Assembly (NCBI GenBank): GCA_965207225.1
Contig: CBDBLV010000005.1
Span: 832,001-896,000 of the forward strand
Source: Dehalococcoidia bacterium
GTDB taxonomy: Bacteria; Chloroflexota; Dehalococcoidia; Plut-88900
DNA: 64,000 nucleotides
Direction of reading: 5' to 3'
Shown: positions 1 to 10,192 of the stretch, piece by piece
How the letters are laid out: each line of letters opens with the position of its first letter
How positions within the stretch are numbered: the stretch's first letter is position 1
Program-made: the position numbers and the translations under genes
The notes under the pieces: generated by a model
Seen by the model: the letters and a program-made list of their open reading frames with translations, nothing else
Database searches by the model: none
Told to the model about the DNA's origin: nothing

Positions 1-359
1 GAGGTGGTCTTGAAGTCGATGATCCCGTAGCTCCCGTCCTCGAACTCCAGCACCGAGTCGAACCGACCCCGTATAAAGCACGTCGACTCCCGGCCCGGCA
101 CCGCCAGCGCCCGGGACTCGACCCAGCTCTCCCCGTACTTCACCACCCCCGGGGGAAGAGTTCCCGAAATCTCCGAATTCGGCCTGCCGTTGAAATATTC
201 GTTCATTAGCTGGTCGATAACGCTGAAGATGCCGGGGAAGGGGGTGCGCGGCCGAAAAAACCCTCGGGCCACCTTGAGGTAGAAGCACCGCTTGCACTCC
301 TCCCAAAGAAACGCAAAGTCCGAAGGGCTCAGCTTCCAGTTTTTGGTGGAAACGGTCAC
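1..359 (-). CDS. PD-(D/E)XK nuclease family protein (RecB/Cas4-like), C-terminus runs off the window
   Basis: Manual translation from GTG at 359, which overlaps the upstream stop: ...LSPSDFAFLWEECKRCFYLK...IRGRFDSVLEFEDGSYGIIDFKTT. Contains the D...DxK nuclease motifs. Not in the ORF track. Confidence 0.8.
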   Translation of the reverse strand, partial: MTVSTKNWKLSPSDFAFLWEECKRCFYLKVARGFFRPRTPFPGIFSVIDQLMNEYFNGRPNSEISGTLPPGVVKYGESWVESRALAVPGRESTCFIRGRFDSVLEFEDGSYGIIDFKTT

Positions 360-718
360 GGCTGGGAAGTCGAAAAGAGAGGCCTGGCGCCCCAGTGCTC
401 CGTTATCTTCCCCTCCGCCACCCGCATCCTGTGCTCTGTCGAGCAATTGGCCTCCGATCTTTGACCGCGCTCTTCCAAGGTCAGAGCTACTAGGCCATCC
501 TCTTCGGTTAGTGCTGAGATCCTGTATTCTGAGCCGACTTCGAAAAGCCGGCGGGACGCTATAGCCTGCTTCAAGACCTCCCGGTCTGAAGGCAACCCCG
601 GCGGCCCCGCGTGCTCCCGAAAGTCCCCCGCCACCAACTCATCAATCAGCATCATCCGACCCCCGTTCACCACCTCCTCCACCAACCGACGCACAACCTC
701 AGACTTTTCAGAGTCCAT
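356..718 (-). CDS. SnoaL-like/ester cyclase family protein
   Basis: VVRRLVEEVVNGG...IDELVA N-terminus and EGKITEHW C-terminus, typical of the NTF2/SnoaL fold. Confidence 0.7.
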   Translation of the reverse strand: MDSEKSEVVRRLVEEVVNGGRMMLIDELVAGDFREHAGPPGLPSDREVLKQAIASRRLFEVGSEYRISALTEEDGLVALTLEERGQRSEANCSTEHRMRVAEGKITEHWGARPLFSTSQP

Positions 719-737
719 TCAATGGACCCCGGCGGGA

Positions 738-1286
738 CTACTCCACTTCCAGTATCTTCAAGATCTGCGGTATAGCCGTCTCCGCCCGACCCTTCAGCGC
801 TTCCGGCGTCAGCCTTCCAATCGGGTGATTGATTATGGCGAAAGGATAGTCCGGTATACCCTGTATCTCGGCAATCGCCTTCGCCTGATTCACGAATTCG
901 CTCGTAATTATCACTGCTGAGGGTACGCCCAGCTTTTCCAGTTCGATTCCGTCGTGCAAACTGCACTGAGAGCAGGAGCCTCAGTCCCCGACCGCTACTA
1001 CGGCGAAATCGCTCTCCTTTGCCAGTTCCGCCACCGTGTCTTCCGGTGCGGGTCGCGATGAATCCGGCTTGCTCGTAGCCTTCACGTACTTAAGCTCAAA
1101 CTGTTCGCCCAGCAGGTCCCCCACCATTTGCAAAAGCTCGGCTGCATTCAGCTTCCCGTTAGAAAGCAGCCCCAACACCTTCCCGTCTAGTCTTCCAGGT
1201 CTCGGCGCCATCTCCGCAGTCGCGTCCAGGGCCCCCGCCCGAGGGTCCATCACCGTGATGCCCCCGTTTCTCGTCTCCGTTGTCAT
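738..1286 (-). CDS. UGSC-family selenoprotein (TGA at 983-981 read as Sec)
   Basis: ORFs 981..1493 and 738..959 are in frame across a single TGA, giving VGD-U-GSCSQCSLHDG. ATG at 1286 has an AAGGAG RBS. Downstream hairpin at 939-963. Confidence 0.85.
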
Positions 1287-1315
1287 ATCGTGCTCCTTTG
1301 CCGGCTCTTGGCCCT

Positions 1316-2368
1316 CTACATTCCGGGTATCTGTTTCGTTACCGACTTCGTTGCCGTTCCCCCACCCCACGGCAGGATCGTGCAGAAGAATCCCCCCGCC
1401 GTGCCCCCGGCCACCAATACCATCAGGTCGTCTGGACTCTCTACAACCGATACAACATCCGTTTCTTCGTGAGGCTCGCTTCTTGCGCTCCATCCACGGT
1501 CCAGCGTATCCCAGAATGAATACTCACGCTTGGTAGCTTCAAAGAGATGGTTCTTGACCTCTTGCTTGGACCATCCCTCTTCCCGCACGTGGAGGAGCAT
1601 CTCGGGGCTTATTACCACCATCATCTCCCCGCCCTCGGGCATTCCATTCGCGACCATTAACCCCGCTATCGAGTTAAGGATCCCTTCTCCCGTGTGACTC
1701 CCGTGGTCGCTCCCCTGTATCGGGGCGTTTCCGGCGTACACCGTCACTGCACTCGACTCCAGGGGCAGTCCCCGCTCGACGTGCAGCGGTTGCCACGGGC
1801 TCAGCTCCTCGTTCTCTGCGAAGCAGTAGCTGTACTTGCCCGGATGCCCGAACGTCGACTTGTCCAGTATCCCAGGCACCGACCCGCACACGTTCATGAT
1901 TATCAGCCGGATCGCCCGACCAATCGTCGCATTCGACCTCTTCGTCGGCCCAAAGAGATTGTTGGCGTAGTTGATGTCCAGCTCTTTCACAATCGGCCCG
2001 TGCACCAGCACCATGTGCCCCGTCCCGGCCGTACTCGCCGACGTACCGTGCAGATTGAACTCCTCTTCGCACATCGCCGACATCGCAGTGGTCACCACAG
2101 GCATGTACTCGGGCTTGCAACCCGCCATGATAGCGTTGATCGCCACCTTCTCAGCCGTGATTTCCCGCTTCCGGGTGGGAATCGTCCCAACAACATCCTT
2201 CGCCCCCAGCCCCGCCGCATCCAGAAACCGCGCCACCATGTCTGGCGTCGGCGGCACCACCGGCAGCCCGTCCGTTAACCCCTGCTCGAAATAAAACTCT
2301 ATAGCCTCGACCGTATCCGGCACCTGGAAAGTCTGAGAAGCGAGTTGGCCCTCTGCCATATACGACAA
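1316..2368 (-). CDS. Conserved protein typically associated with UGSC proteins (TDGLPVVPPT family)
   Basis: TDGLPVVPPT, EKVAINAIMAGC and NATIGRA motifs; co-oriented directly upstream of the UGSC gene. Confidence 0.75.
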   Translation of the reverse strand: MSYMAEGQLASQTFQVPDTVEAIEFYFEQGLTDGLPVVPPTPDMVARFLDAAGLGAKDVVGTIPTRKREITAEKVAINAIMAGCKPEYMPVVTTAMSAMCEEEFNLHGTSASTAGTGHMVLVHGPIVKELDINYANNLFGPTKRSNATIGRAIRLIIMNVCGSVPGILDKSTFGHPGKYSYCFAENEELSPWQPLHVERGLPLESSAVTVYAGNAPIQGSDHGSHTGEGILNSIAGLMVANGMPEGGEMMVVISPEMLLHVREEGWSKQEVKNHLFEATKREYSFWDTLDRGWSARSEPHEETDVVSVVESPDDLMVLVAGGTAGGFFCTILPWGGGTATKSVTKQIPGM

Positions 2369-2528
2369 CCCCCAAAAGAGTCAAATGAAAAGCCCCAGCA
2401 TCTTATCACAGCCCTTTAATGCCCCACCATCCCCACCACCTTTTCCCATCCCAATGCCCCACGAGTGTACAAGCAAAACTCCCTGAATCTACACTGGCTG
2501 TCATCACTTCTATCACTCCCCCAGTACC

Positions 2529-2578
2529 AAACTAGAGGGATGCACCTGCGCCCTGGCGCAGGTGCATCCCTCTAGTTT
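2529..2578. repeat. Perfect 24-bp-arm inverted repeat (palindrome)
   Basis: AAACTAGAGGGATGCACCTGCGCC-CT-GGCGCAGGTGCATCCCTCTAGTTT. Confidence 0.95.
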
Positions 2579-2741
2579 TTCCTCCCTTCTCCCTTAAAGG
2601 CCCTAAGGGAAAGGGGGATAAAGAGGGTGATGGTTCCTCTCCCCTTGTGCGGCGCCACTCACCCTGAACAGGGTCGAAGGGTGGGTAAGGGATGGCCCAC
2701 CCCCGTCCCCACCCCATGTTAAACTTCACCCCCTGAGAACC

Positions 2742-3587
2742 ATGCAAGACCCCCAGCCCCATACCACCTTCGCCCGACTCATGGCCCCGCCCCACCGGGA
2801 CATCAACCTCTCACGCGCCGTCCTCCTAATAGCCCAGTCCGAGTACCCAGACCTCGACATCCCCCACTACCTTCAGGCAATCGAAGACCTCGGCCATCGC
2901 GTCCGCGCCAACACCCTCGATGACTCCATCATGGCCCCCATCCAGACCCTGAACCACGTCCTCTTCGATGAAGAGAGCTTCCGTGGCAATGAGGAAGAGT
3001 ACTACGACCCCCTAAACAGTTACCTGAACGATGTCATAGACAGAAAAGTCGGCATACCCATCACCCTCTCAGTCCTCTACATGGAGGTCGCCCGGCACGC
3101 CGGCCTCAACGTCAGGGGTGTCAGCTTCCCCGGCCACTTTATCGTCAAGCACGAGACCCCTGAAGGCCCTCTCTTCGTCGACCCCTTCTACGGCGGCATG
3201 GTCCTCGAGAAAGAGCACCTCGCCCAGAGGCTCCGACTCGCTGGCGGCGGCTTCATGCCCTTCCGTGACCACCACCTCGCCGCTAGCACCGACGCCCAGA
3301 TCGTCACCCGCATGCTCAACAACCTCAAGGGTATCTACGCCTCCCGCCGGGACTACGAAAAGGTCCTCGCGTTCACCCAAATGCTTCTCGACGTATCCCC
3401 CTGGGACCTCGACGAGGTCCGCGACCGTGGCAAAGTCCACCTCCAGCTTAAGAATTACCAGCCCGCCCTCGCCGATCTGGAGACCTACCTCCAGTTCAGC
3501 CCCGACGCCGAAGACGCCGAGGTCATAGGCCGCAGCGTCCAGTACCTCAAGGGACTAGTTCCTAGGGGTCCTGTACAGGAGTCCTGA
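2742..3587 (+). CDS. SirB1-family protein (transglutaminase-like + TPR)
   Basis: YYDPLNSYLNDVIDRKVGIPITLS, FPGHF and RMLNNLK motifs; C-terminal TPR. Confidence 0.9.
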   Translation: MQDPQPHTTFARLMAPPHRDINLSRAVLLIAQSEYPDLDIPHYLQAIEDLGHRVRANTLDDSIMAPIQTLNHVLFDEESFRGNEEEYYDPLNSYLNDVIDRKVGIPITLSVLYMEVARHAGLNVRGVSFPGHFIVKHETPEGPLFVDPFYGGMVLEKEHLAQRLRLAGGGFMPFRDHHLAASTDAQIVTRMLNNLKGIYASRRDYEKVLAFTQMLLDVSPWDLDEVRDRGKVHLQLKNYQPALADLETYLQFSPDAEDAEVIGRSVQYLKGLVPRGPVQES

Positions 3588-3589
3588 CC

Positions 3590-4549
3590 TTGACACTCAT
3601 CATCCAAGAAGACGAAGTCGCCCGACTCCTCACCATGCAGCACACCCTCGACGCTGTCGAAGGGTCATTCCGTAGCCAGGGTGAAGGCACTTCCATCAAC
3701 CGCTCCCGGCGTCGCTTCCACATCCCCGGTAAAGGCAGCATGCAACTCATGTCCGGCATCTGCTACTACAGGGAAGCCATGGGCCTCAAGGTCTATACCT
3801 CCTACCGCACTGGCACCCGGTTCATGGTCCTCCTATTCAGCGCCGAGACTGGAGATCTACTCTCCATCATCCAGGCTGACCATCTCGGCCGTATGCGCAC
3901 CGGCGCAGCCTCCGGCATAGCTACCAAATTCCTCTCCAAAGAAAGCTCAAAGACGGTCGGCATGATTGGCTCCGGTGGCCAGGCCGCCACCCAGCTTGAG
4001 GCCGTATGCGCAGTCCGCAACATCAATTCCGCCCGAGTCTTCAGCCGCCGCCCCGAGCCCCTCGCCGCCTTCTGCACAACCATGTCCCGGAAGCTCGCCA
4101 TCGATGTTTCCCCCGCCCCCTCGCCCGAGGAAGCCGTCACCGATGCAGACGTTGTCATCACCATAACCAACTCCCGCGACCCTGTCGTCAAAGGCGAATG
4201 GATCGCCGAAGGCGCCCACATCAACGCCGCCGGCAGCAACTCCCTCGTCCGCAAGGAGCTAGACAACGACGCCATCCGGAGGTCTGACCTCATCACCGTC
4301 GACTCCCGTGAACAGGCCCGACTCGAATGCGGGGACCTCCTCATCGCCACCGAGCGCGGTGCCGTAAGCTGGGAGACCGTAACAGACCTCGGCGACGTAG
4401 TTTCCGGCAAGACCCCTGGCCGCACTTCCAACACCCAGATTACCCTATTCGAGTCCCAGGGCCTCGCCATCCAGGACATCGCCACCGCCATCAAACTCTA
4501 CGAGCTCGCCCTTGAACAGGGTCTGGGCCAACACATAGACATCTTCTAG
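3590..4549 (+). CDS. Ornithine cyclodeaminase/mu-crystallin family protein
   Basis: RTGAASG, GSGGQA Rossmann motif, HINAAGSN, FESQGLAIQD. Confidence 0.9.
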   Translation: MTLIIQEDEVARLLTMQHTLDAVEGSFRSQGEGTSINRSRRRFHIPGKGSMQLMSGICYYREAMGLKVYTSYRTGTRFMVLLFSAETGDLLSIIQADHLGRMRTGAASGIATKFLSKESSKTVGMIGSGGQAATQLEAVCAVRNINSARVFSRRPEPLAAFCTTMSRKLAIDVSPAPSPEEAVTDADVVITITNSRDPVVKGEWIAEGAHINAAGSNSLVRKELDNDAIRRSDLITVDSREQARLECGDLLIATERGAVSWETVTDLGDVVSGKTPGRTSNTQITLFESQGLAIQDIATAIKLYELALEQGLGQHIDIF

Positions 4550-4564
4550 GGAAGGGAGCACCCC

Positions 4565-5485
4565 ATGGAATACCAGGTCTGGTTAAACGGTGAATTCATG
4601 CCCCGCAGCGAGGCAAAAATCGGCCTCACCGACAGAGGCTTCAGGCTCGGCGATGTCGTCTTCGACACCTCCCGCACCTTCAACGGTAAGGTCTTCCGAC
4701 TCGAGGACCACATCGACCGCCTCTACCGCTCCCTCACCTACGTCCGCATCGACCCCGGCATGTCCAAAGAGGAAATGACCGACGTCACCCTCGACGTCGT
4801 CCAGCGCAATGAGTCCGTCAGGGAGTCGGGTGACGACTACATGATCAGCCAGTTCGTCACCCGAGGCGAAGGTGGCCGTTCCGCCAAGCCCATGACCCCC
4901 AACATTGTCATTTGGGTCGACCCCCTCGACCACGCCCGCATCGCCCCCCTCTACAGCGACGGCGCCCACGTCGTTATCCCCAAGATCAGGAGCTATCCTT
5001 CCGACGCCCTTGACCCCAAGATCAAGCACTACAGCCGACTCAACTTCGTACTCGCCGAACTTGAGGCAACCGACATCGACCCCGAGGCCTTCCCTGTCCT
5101 CACAGACGCCAACGGCAACCTCACCGAGAGCATCGGTTCCAACTTCTTCATCGTCACCGACGGCAAAATACGCACCGCCGGAGATTCGGCCATCCTCCAG
5201 GGCGTCACCCGCAAAGTTATCAGGGAACTGGCCGATCAGCTGGGAATCCCCTTCATCGAGGAGAATATCCAGCCCTACGACGCCTACACCGCCGATGAGG
5301 CCTTCCTTGCTACCACCCCTTATTGCGTTGTCCCAGTCGGCAGAGTCGACACCCGCACCGTGGGAATGGAGACCCCCGGCCCCATCACCCAGCAGCTAAT
5401 GGCCGCCTTCTCCGAACTAGCCGGCTTCGACATCGTCGAACAGTCCATCACCCGCGCCAAAGCCCTCGCCGCCGCCACATCCTAA
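4565..5485 (+). CDS. PLP-dependent class IV aminotransferase (BCAT/D-amino acid type)
   Basis: DRGFRLGDVVFDT, HIDRL, catalytic KHYSRLN, ILQGVTR, ADEAFL. Confidence 0.9.
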   Translation: MEYQVWLNGEFMPRSEAKIGLTDRGFRLGDVVFDTSRTFNGKVFRLEDHIDRLYRSLTYVRIDPGMSKEEMTDVTLDVVQRNESVRESGDDYMISQFVTRGEGGRSAKPMTPNIVIWVDPLDHARIAPLYSDGAHVVIPKIRSYPSDALDPKIKHYSRLNFVLAELEATDIDPEAFPVLTDANGNLTESIGSNFFIVTDGKIRTAGDSAILQGVTRKVIRELADQLGIPFIEENIQPYDAYTADEAFLATTPYCVVPVGRVDTRTVGMETPGPITQQLMAAFSELAGFDIVEQSITRAKALAAATS

Positions 5486-5646
5486 CTCCCCACCTCTCCT
5501 GTGTTATTCCGATGCCCCGCAGGATGGATTCCGGCTCGGGGGTTGGAATGGCGGGAAGGGGGTGGGGGGTATGGTATATTGGCGGGGGTGGAGACCATTT
5601 GTAGCTGCGCACATACGGCTCGGGATCGCTTGCCCGGGGAGGGTGA

Positions 5647-7149
5647 GTGATGGCGCTTCCGGCGTCGCTTTCAGTGCTGCTTTCGACGCCGCGACGGCGC
5701 CGGGTGCTGGTTGCGATGGCGGCGGGGCATATCCTGACGCAGATGTCGAGCCTGCCGGTGGCGTTGTCGGTGGCGACGCTGGCGGAGCATTTCGAGGTGG
5801 GGATCGATGAGGCGGCGTGGATTGTCATTATCTATCTTCTAGCGCTGGGGAGCGGCGCGCTGCTGGGGGCGCGGCTGGGGGACCGGTACGGGCACAGCCG
5901 GGTCTACGTGCTGGGGGTGATGGCCTCGACGCTGGGGGCGGGGTTGATCGTGGTGGCGCAGTCGCTGTGGGAGGTGATGGCGTTCAGGGCGCTTTCGGGG
6001 GTGGGGGCGGCGCTGATGATCGGGAATGCCAATGCGATCCTGGCATCCACGTTCCCGGTGAATGAGCGGGGTCGGGCATTTGCGGTGCCGATCATGGGGT
6101 CGAGGCTGGGGACGCTGTTCGGGCTGGCCAGCTTCGGGTTGTCGCTGGAGTTTGCGACCTGGCGGATAGCGTTTGCGACGTTCCTGCCGATTGGGGTCCT
6201 GGCCGTCGTATCGTCTTTCGGGTTGCTCAGGGGGCCTCAGGCGGAGTCGGAGGTGGAGGAGAGGCGGGACACGGGGCCGATAGACTTCATCGGGGCGGGG
6301 TTGATCGTGGCGTGTGCGTCGGTGCTGATCCTGTCTACGAACCACTTACACCCGGGCGAGGAGTCGTTCACGTCGCCCGATGCATTGACGTACCACCTGC
6401 CGATGCACGCGCTGTTCTTCGTGCTGCTGGGGGTGTTTGCGCTGGTGGAGCGCAAGGTGAGCAACCCGATGGTCGACTTCCGGCACTTCCAGCACAAATA
6501 CTTCACGATGTCGCTGGTGTCGAACGTGGCTTTTCACTTTTCGATGCTGGCGGCGATGACGCTGGTGCCGATACTGATGGAGGAGGGGTTCGGGCTGTCG
6601 CCGATATTCGTGACGTTCGTGCTGATACCGAACCAGAGCGTCGGGCTGGTGATGCCGATGATAGCGGGGTGGTTGTACGACAAGCACGGGTCCCGGCTGT
6701 TCCGGCCATTGGCGATGGTGACGATAGCGTCGGGGTTCCTGGCGCTGGGGCTACTGGCGCCGAACATAAGCTGGTGGATTGTGCCGTTCCTGATGCTGCC
6801 GATCACGATGGGGACGGCGATATTCAACCCGATAAATAACGCGACGGTGATGAGCGCGCTGCCGCTGGAGCACCGAGGTGTGGCGTCGGGGCTTTTGGAG
6901 ACGACTCGGGAGCTGGGGCACGCGATCGGGGCGACGGCCTCGGCGACGGCGCTTTCGATGTTCATACCGGCGTTCGTGAACGACCTGACACAGGCCGAGG
7001 CGCAGGCACACTACTTTGAGGGGTTCCGGGTTTCGACGATGATGGTGATGGGGGTGCTGCTGGCGGGAGCGGTGATTGCGTACTTCCACAAGTCGAGGCC
7101 CCGGGCGGGGGTGGTGTCGGGGGCACGGGTGGGGGCGGCTGCGGGGTAG
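5647..7149 (+). CDS. MFS transporter (DHA2-like)
   Basis: Many TM helices; motif A GARLGDRYGHSR; ERGRAF. Confidence 0.9.
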   Translation: MMALPASLSVLLSTPRRRRVLVAMAAGHILTQMSSLPVALSVATLAEHFEVGIDEAAWIVIIYLLALGSGALLGARLGDRYGHSRVYVLGVMASTLGAGLIVVAQSLWEVMAFRALSGVGAALMIGNANAILASTFPVNERGRAFAVPIMGSRLGTLFGLASFGLSLEFATWRIAFATFLPIGVLAVVSSFGLLRGPQAESEVEERRDTGPIDFIGAGLIVACASVLILSTNHLHPGEESFTSPDALTYHLPMHALFFVLLGVFALVERKVSNPMVDFRHFQHKYFTMSLVSNVAFHFSMLAAMTLVPILMEEGFGLSPIFVTFVLIPNQSVGLVMPMIAGWLYDKHGSRLFRPLAMVTIASGFLALGLLAPNISWWIVPFLMLPITMGTAIFNPINNATVMSALPLEHRGVASGLLETTRELGHAIGATASATALSMFIPAFVNDLTQAEAQAHYFEGFRVSTMMVMGVLLAGAVIAYFHKSRPRAGVVSGARVGAAAG

Positions 7150-7278
7150 GTTGGTTCTTAGGACTATTGAAGAAGCGGGCTCGGGTCTCCGCCCGTAGGG
7201 CAGTGCGGAAGCCGCGGGGGCAGCTGCGTAGCAGCGGTAACTGACAGGTGTTACAATTCCCTTGAAGGGGATGTATCC

Positions 7279-7494
7279 ATGACTACCGTAGAACATCCAA
7301 TTACCCGTTCCGAACTCCGGGAAGAACTGAATGAGCTACGCCGCGAGTTCAGGGAACACTATGCGACTAAAGCGGACCTATCCGAGTTGAAAGCTGCCTT
7401 GCGAGGCGACCTGAACAAGGTCATCATCGGTCTAGCAAGTTTGCAACTGATTGGTCTCGGCGCCGTTGCCGCAATAATGGGATTCCTGGCATAA
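7279..7494 (+). CDS. Small coiled-coil + C-terminal TM protein (DUF1640-like)
   Basis: YATKADL motif, hydrophobic C-terminus, RBS GAAGGGG. Confidence 0.65.
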   Translation: MTTVEHPITRSELREELNELRREFREHYATKADLSELKAALRGDLNKVIIGLASLQLIGLGAVAAIMGFLA

Positions 7495-7525
7495 GGCTAC
7501 GACTCGGGATAGCCACCGGGAGTCG

Positions 7526-8662
7526 GTGGGGAGCAGAACTATGCGAGAGATATTTGAGGAAGTCGGGGGGTTGATTGAGAGGGAGAGGCCGTTTGCACTG
7601 GCGACGGTGGTGAGGACCAAGGGGTCGACGCCGCAGAAGCCGGGGTCGAAGATGCTGGTGCGGGAAGACGGTTCTTTTGCGGGGACTCTCGGGGGCGGGT
7701 GCATAGAGGCGGACGCGTACACTGCTTCCAAGCTGGCCATGGCGGAGGGCACTCCGGCAGACGTGCAAGGGTTCACCCTAAATGACGACCTGGCGGCGCA
7801 GGACGGGCTGGTGTGCGGCGGGACGATGTATATCATGATAGACCAGCCGCAGAAGGACCCGATGTTCGACCAGTACACGCAGGAGATAAACGCGGCATAC
7901 TGGGGCGAGGGCGGGGTAGCGCTGGCGATGGTTACTCAGAAGGGCGCGATGTCGGGGGAGGTGGGGACCAAGCTGCTTATAAGGGAGGACGGCTCAAGGG
8001 TTGGGTCCTTGGGGGACGATTCGCTTGACGATGCGGCGGCGGAGTTGGCGTTCAAGGCGATGGACTTCGGTCGGCAGGACTTTATATCGACTAAAGACGG
8101 GACCGAGATATATGTCGAGGCGTTCACGAGCCCGGCTACGGTGGTTTTGGTTGGGGGTGGGCATGTCTCATATGCGATCTACAAGCTGGCGACGTTCCTC
8201 GGATACCGGACGCGGGTCGTGGACGACCGGGAGCAGTTCGGTAACGCGGAGAGGTTCCCGGAGGCAGACAAGATAGTGGTTGACGAGTACGACTCGGGGA
8301 TAAGGGATGTCGGGATCACGGCGAATTCGTTCGTGGTGGTGGCGACCCGGGGACACAAATACGACGACATGGCGCTGCTGGAAGCGGCGAAGTCGCCGGC
8401 GAAGTTCATAGGGCTTCTCGGGAGCAGACGGAAGGCGCTGCTGATATTCCCGACGCTGCTGTCGTCCGGGGTGTCGTTGGAGCGGGTGAGCGAGATCAGG
8501 ACGCCGGTGGGATTGAACCTCGGGGGGCGGACGCCGGAGTCGATAGCGTTGAGCGTGATGGCGGAGATCGAGATGGTGAGGTACGGGGGTGACGGGGTGT
8601 CAATGAAGATGGATGAGAAGCTGGTGCTGAAGGCTCGAGAGAAGGCGGGGGTGTTGGCGTAA
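7526..8662 (+). CDS. XdhC/CoxI family molybdoenzyme maturation factor
   Basis: GSTPQKPGSKM, GTLGGGCIEA, CGG, GGGHVS, TRGHKYD, GLLGSRRK. Confidence 0.9.
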   Translation: MGSRTMREIFEEVGGLIERERPFALATVVRTKGSTPQKPGSKMLVREDGSFAGTLGGGCIEADAYTASKLAMAEGTPADVQGFTLNDDLAAQDGLVCGGTMYIMIDQPQKDPMFDQYTQEINAAYWGEGGVALAMVTQKGAMSGEVGTKLLIREDGSRVGSLGDDSLDDAAAELAFKAMDFGRQDFISTKDGTEIYVEAFTSPATVVLVGGGHVSYAIYKLATFLGYRTRVVDDREQFGNAERFPEADKIVVDEYDSGIRDVGITANSFVVVATRGHKYDDMALLEAAKSPAKFIGLLGSRRKALLIFPTLLSSGVSLERVSEIRTPVGLNLGGRTPESIALSVMAEIEMVRYGGDGVSMKMDEKLVLKAREKAGVLA

Positions 8663-8727
8663 GGGTTCGTTTTGCAGGGCGTCCTTGCGCTGCGCGGGTC
8701 TGCTTACCTGAGTTTGGGCAACAGGCT

Positions 8728-8768
8728 TCACCCTCACCCTAGCCCTCTCCCATCAAGGGAGAGGGGAC
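8728..8768. repeat. REP-like palindromic intergenic repeat, copy 1
   Basis: TCACCCTCACCCTAGCCCTCTCCCATCAAGGGAGAGGGGAC; 38/41 identical to 12751-12791. Confidence 0.85.
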
Positions 8769-8805
8769 TGAACTCCCCACCCCAAGTTCCTCGCGGGGCT
8801 TCTGA

Positions 8806-9441
8806 ATGACGTTGTTTTCAGGCGGGATTTGGGGGGTGTTGCTGGCGGCGGGGCTTTCTACGCGAATGGGTGAACCCAAGGCATTGCTGCCGTGGATGGG
8901 GTCGACGATGGTGGAGTATCAGTTGGAGCAGTTGGGGGCGTCTCGGGTGGAGGGGGTGGTGGTTGTGCTGGGGCATGAGGCGGAGTCGGTGATGGGTCGG
9001 GTGACGGGATGGAGGGGGGTGAAGGTTGTGGTGAACCGGGAGTATGAGAGGGGTAGGGCGTCTTCTGTGGTGGCGGGGGTGAGCGCAGTACCAACTGAAG
9101 CCACGGGCATTCTGATATTGAACGTGGACCAGCCTCGGCCCTCGTGGCTGATTAATGAGGTGGTGGAAGGTCATTTCGAGGAAGAAGCTCGGATTACGAT
9201 ACCGGTGCACGGGGGTCGGAGGGGGCATCCGACGGTGTTCGACGGGAGCCTGAGGGAGGAGATGCTGGGGATCACGGAGGAGGGGCTGGGGTTGAAGGAG
9301 GTGGGGAGAAGGGACAGGGGTAGGGTGGGATATGTAGAGGTTTCGTCGTCGCTGGTCTACCTGGACATGAATACGCCGGAGGAGTACCGGGAGGGGCTGG
9401 GCCGGGTGGGGGAGTTTGCGGGGCGGGAGTGTGGTCTATGA
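8806..9441 (+). CDS. Molybdenum cofactor cytidylyltransferase-like nucleotidyltransferase (MocA family)
   Basis: LLAAGLSTRMGEPKALL, VDQP, RGHP, DMNTPEEY; adjacent to xdhC. Confidence 0.85.
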   Translation: MTLFSGGIWGVLLAAGLSTRMGEPKALLPWMGSTMVEYQLEQLGASRVEGVVVVLGHEAESVMGRVTGWRGVKVVVNREYERGRASSVVAGVSAVPTEATGILILNVDQPRPSWLINEVVEGHFEEEARITIPVHGGRRGHPTVFDGSLREEMLGITEEGLGLKEVGRRDRGRVGYVEVSSSLVYLDMNTPEEYREGLGRVGEFAGRECGL

Positions 9442-10014
9442 ACAGTGCTTAACGAATGCTTCTTCAAATCCAGCTAGGCCAAAAGTAGCCTGGTTACCTC
9501 CATGGGCGATTTCAAGTTGTTCGTTCTTTGGAAATTCCCGTATGAAATCTTGAGTATTTAGTCGATCTTCAGTAGAGACTGTCCTGAATAGAGGTTCTTG
9601 TCGAACAACCCTTTTCCGAGAAATGATGCTTCCATACCATTCGAATGAGTAAGTCTTGACCTCGTTGTCCTTACCAAATCTTTCGGTTGTGTTGACGGTT
9701 TCTAGGCTACCGAGTAATAGTGCGTTGGGCCAATCAATCGCTGCAAAGTCTAGATCACAGCTTGCAAATAGGACTGCATCGTCATCTTTGGCCTTTACTG
9801 CAACACCAGGAAAATCGATCGTCGAATCGATATCTAATTGTGCAGGCCTACTATCAGAAAACCATCGCTGTTTGGATTGAGTGGGCTTAATAGGCTCAGG
9901 GTCAGCGTTAGATTCTGGGGAATCCCCATCAGTAGGAACCTGCACACCGAACTCGCAGGCAATCAATGTTGTGGTTATCAAAGCGATGCTTAGCAGGGCT
10001 ATTTTGACGTTCAT
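9436..10014 (-). CDS. Hypothetical lipoprotein (lower-GC insert)
   Basis: MNVKIALLSIALITTTLIA-C signal peptide with lipobox; AT-richer than the flanks. Confidence 0.6.
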   Translation of the reverse strand: MNVKIALLSIALITTTLIACEFGVQVPTDGDSPESNADPEPIKPTQSKQRWFSDSRPAQLDIDSTIDFPGVAVKAKDDDAVLFASCDLDFAAIDWPNALLLGSLETVNTTERFGKDNEVKTYSFEWYGSIISRKRVVRQEPLFRTVSTEDRLNTQDFIREFPKNEQLEIAHGGNQATFGLAGFEEAFVKHCS

Positions 10015-10192
10015 GTTTAGTATGCCCGCGGTTAAATGCTGAGCTAGTCTCTTTGGGTTACCGTCGCACGATTTACACCATCCTGTAAAGTGTTGTCCTG
10101 GTTGAGAGGCTGGTGAATATATTGAGAACAATCATCTCGGAGTTTACGACTGGATTTCTACAAGCATCGGCACCGCGGTCCTTAATATCGGA

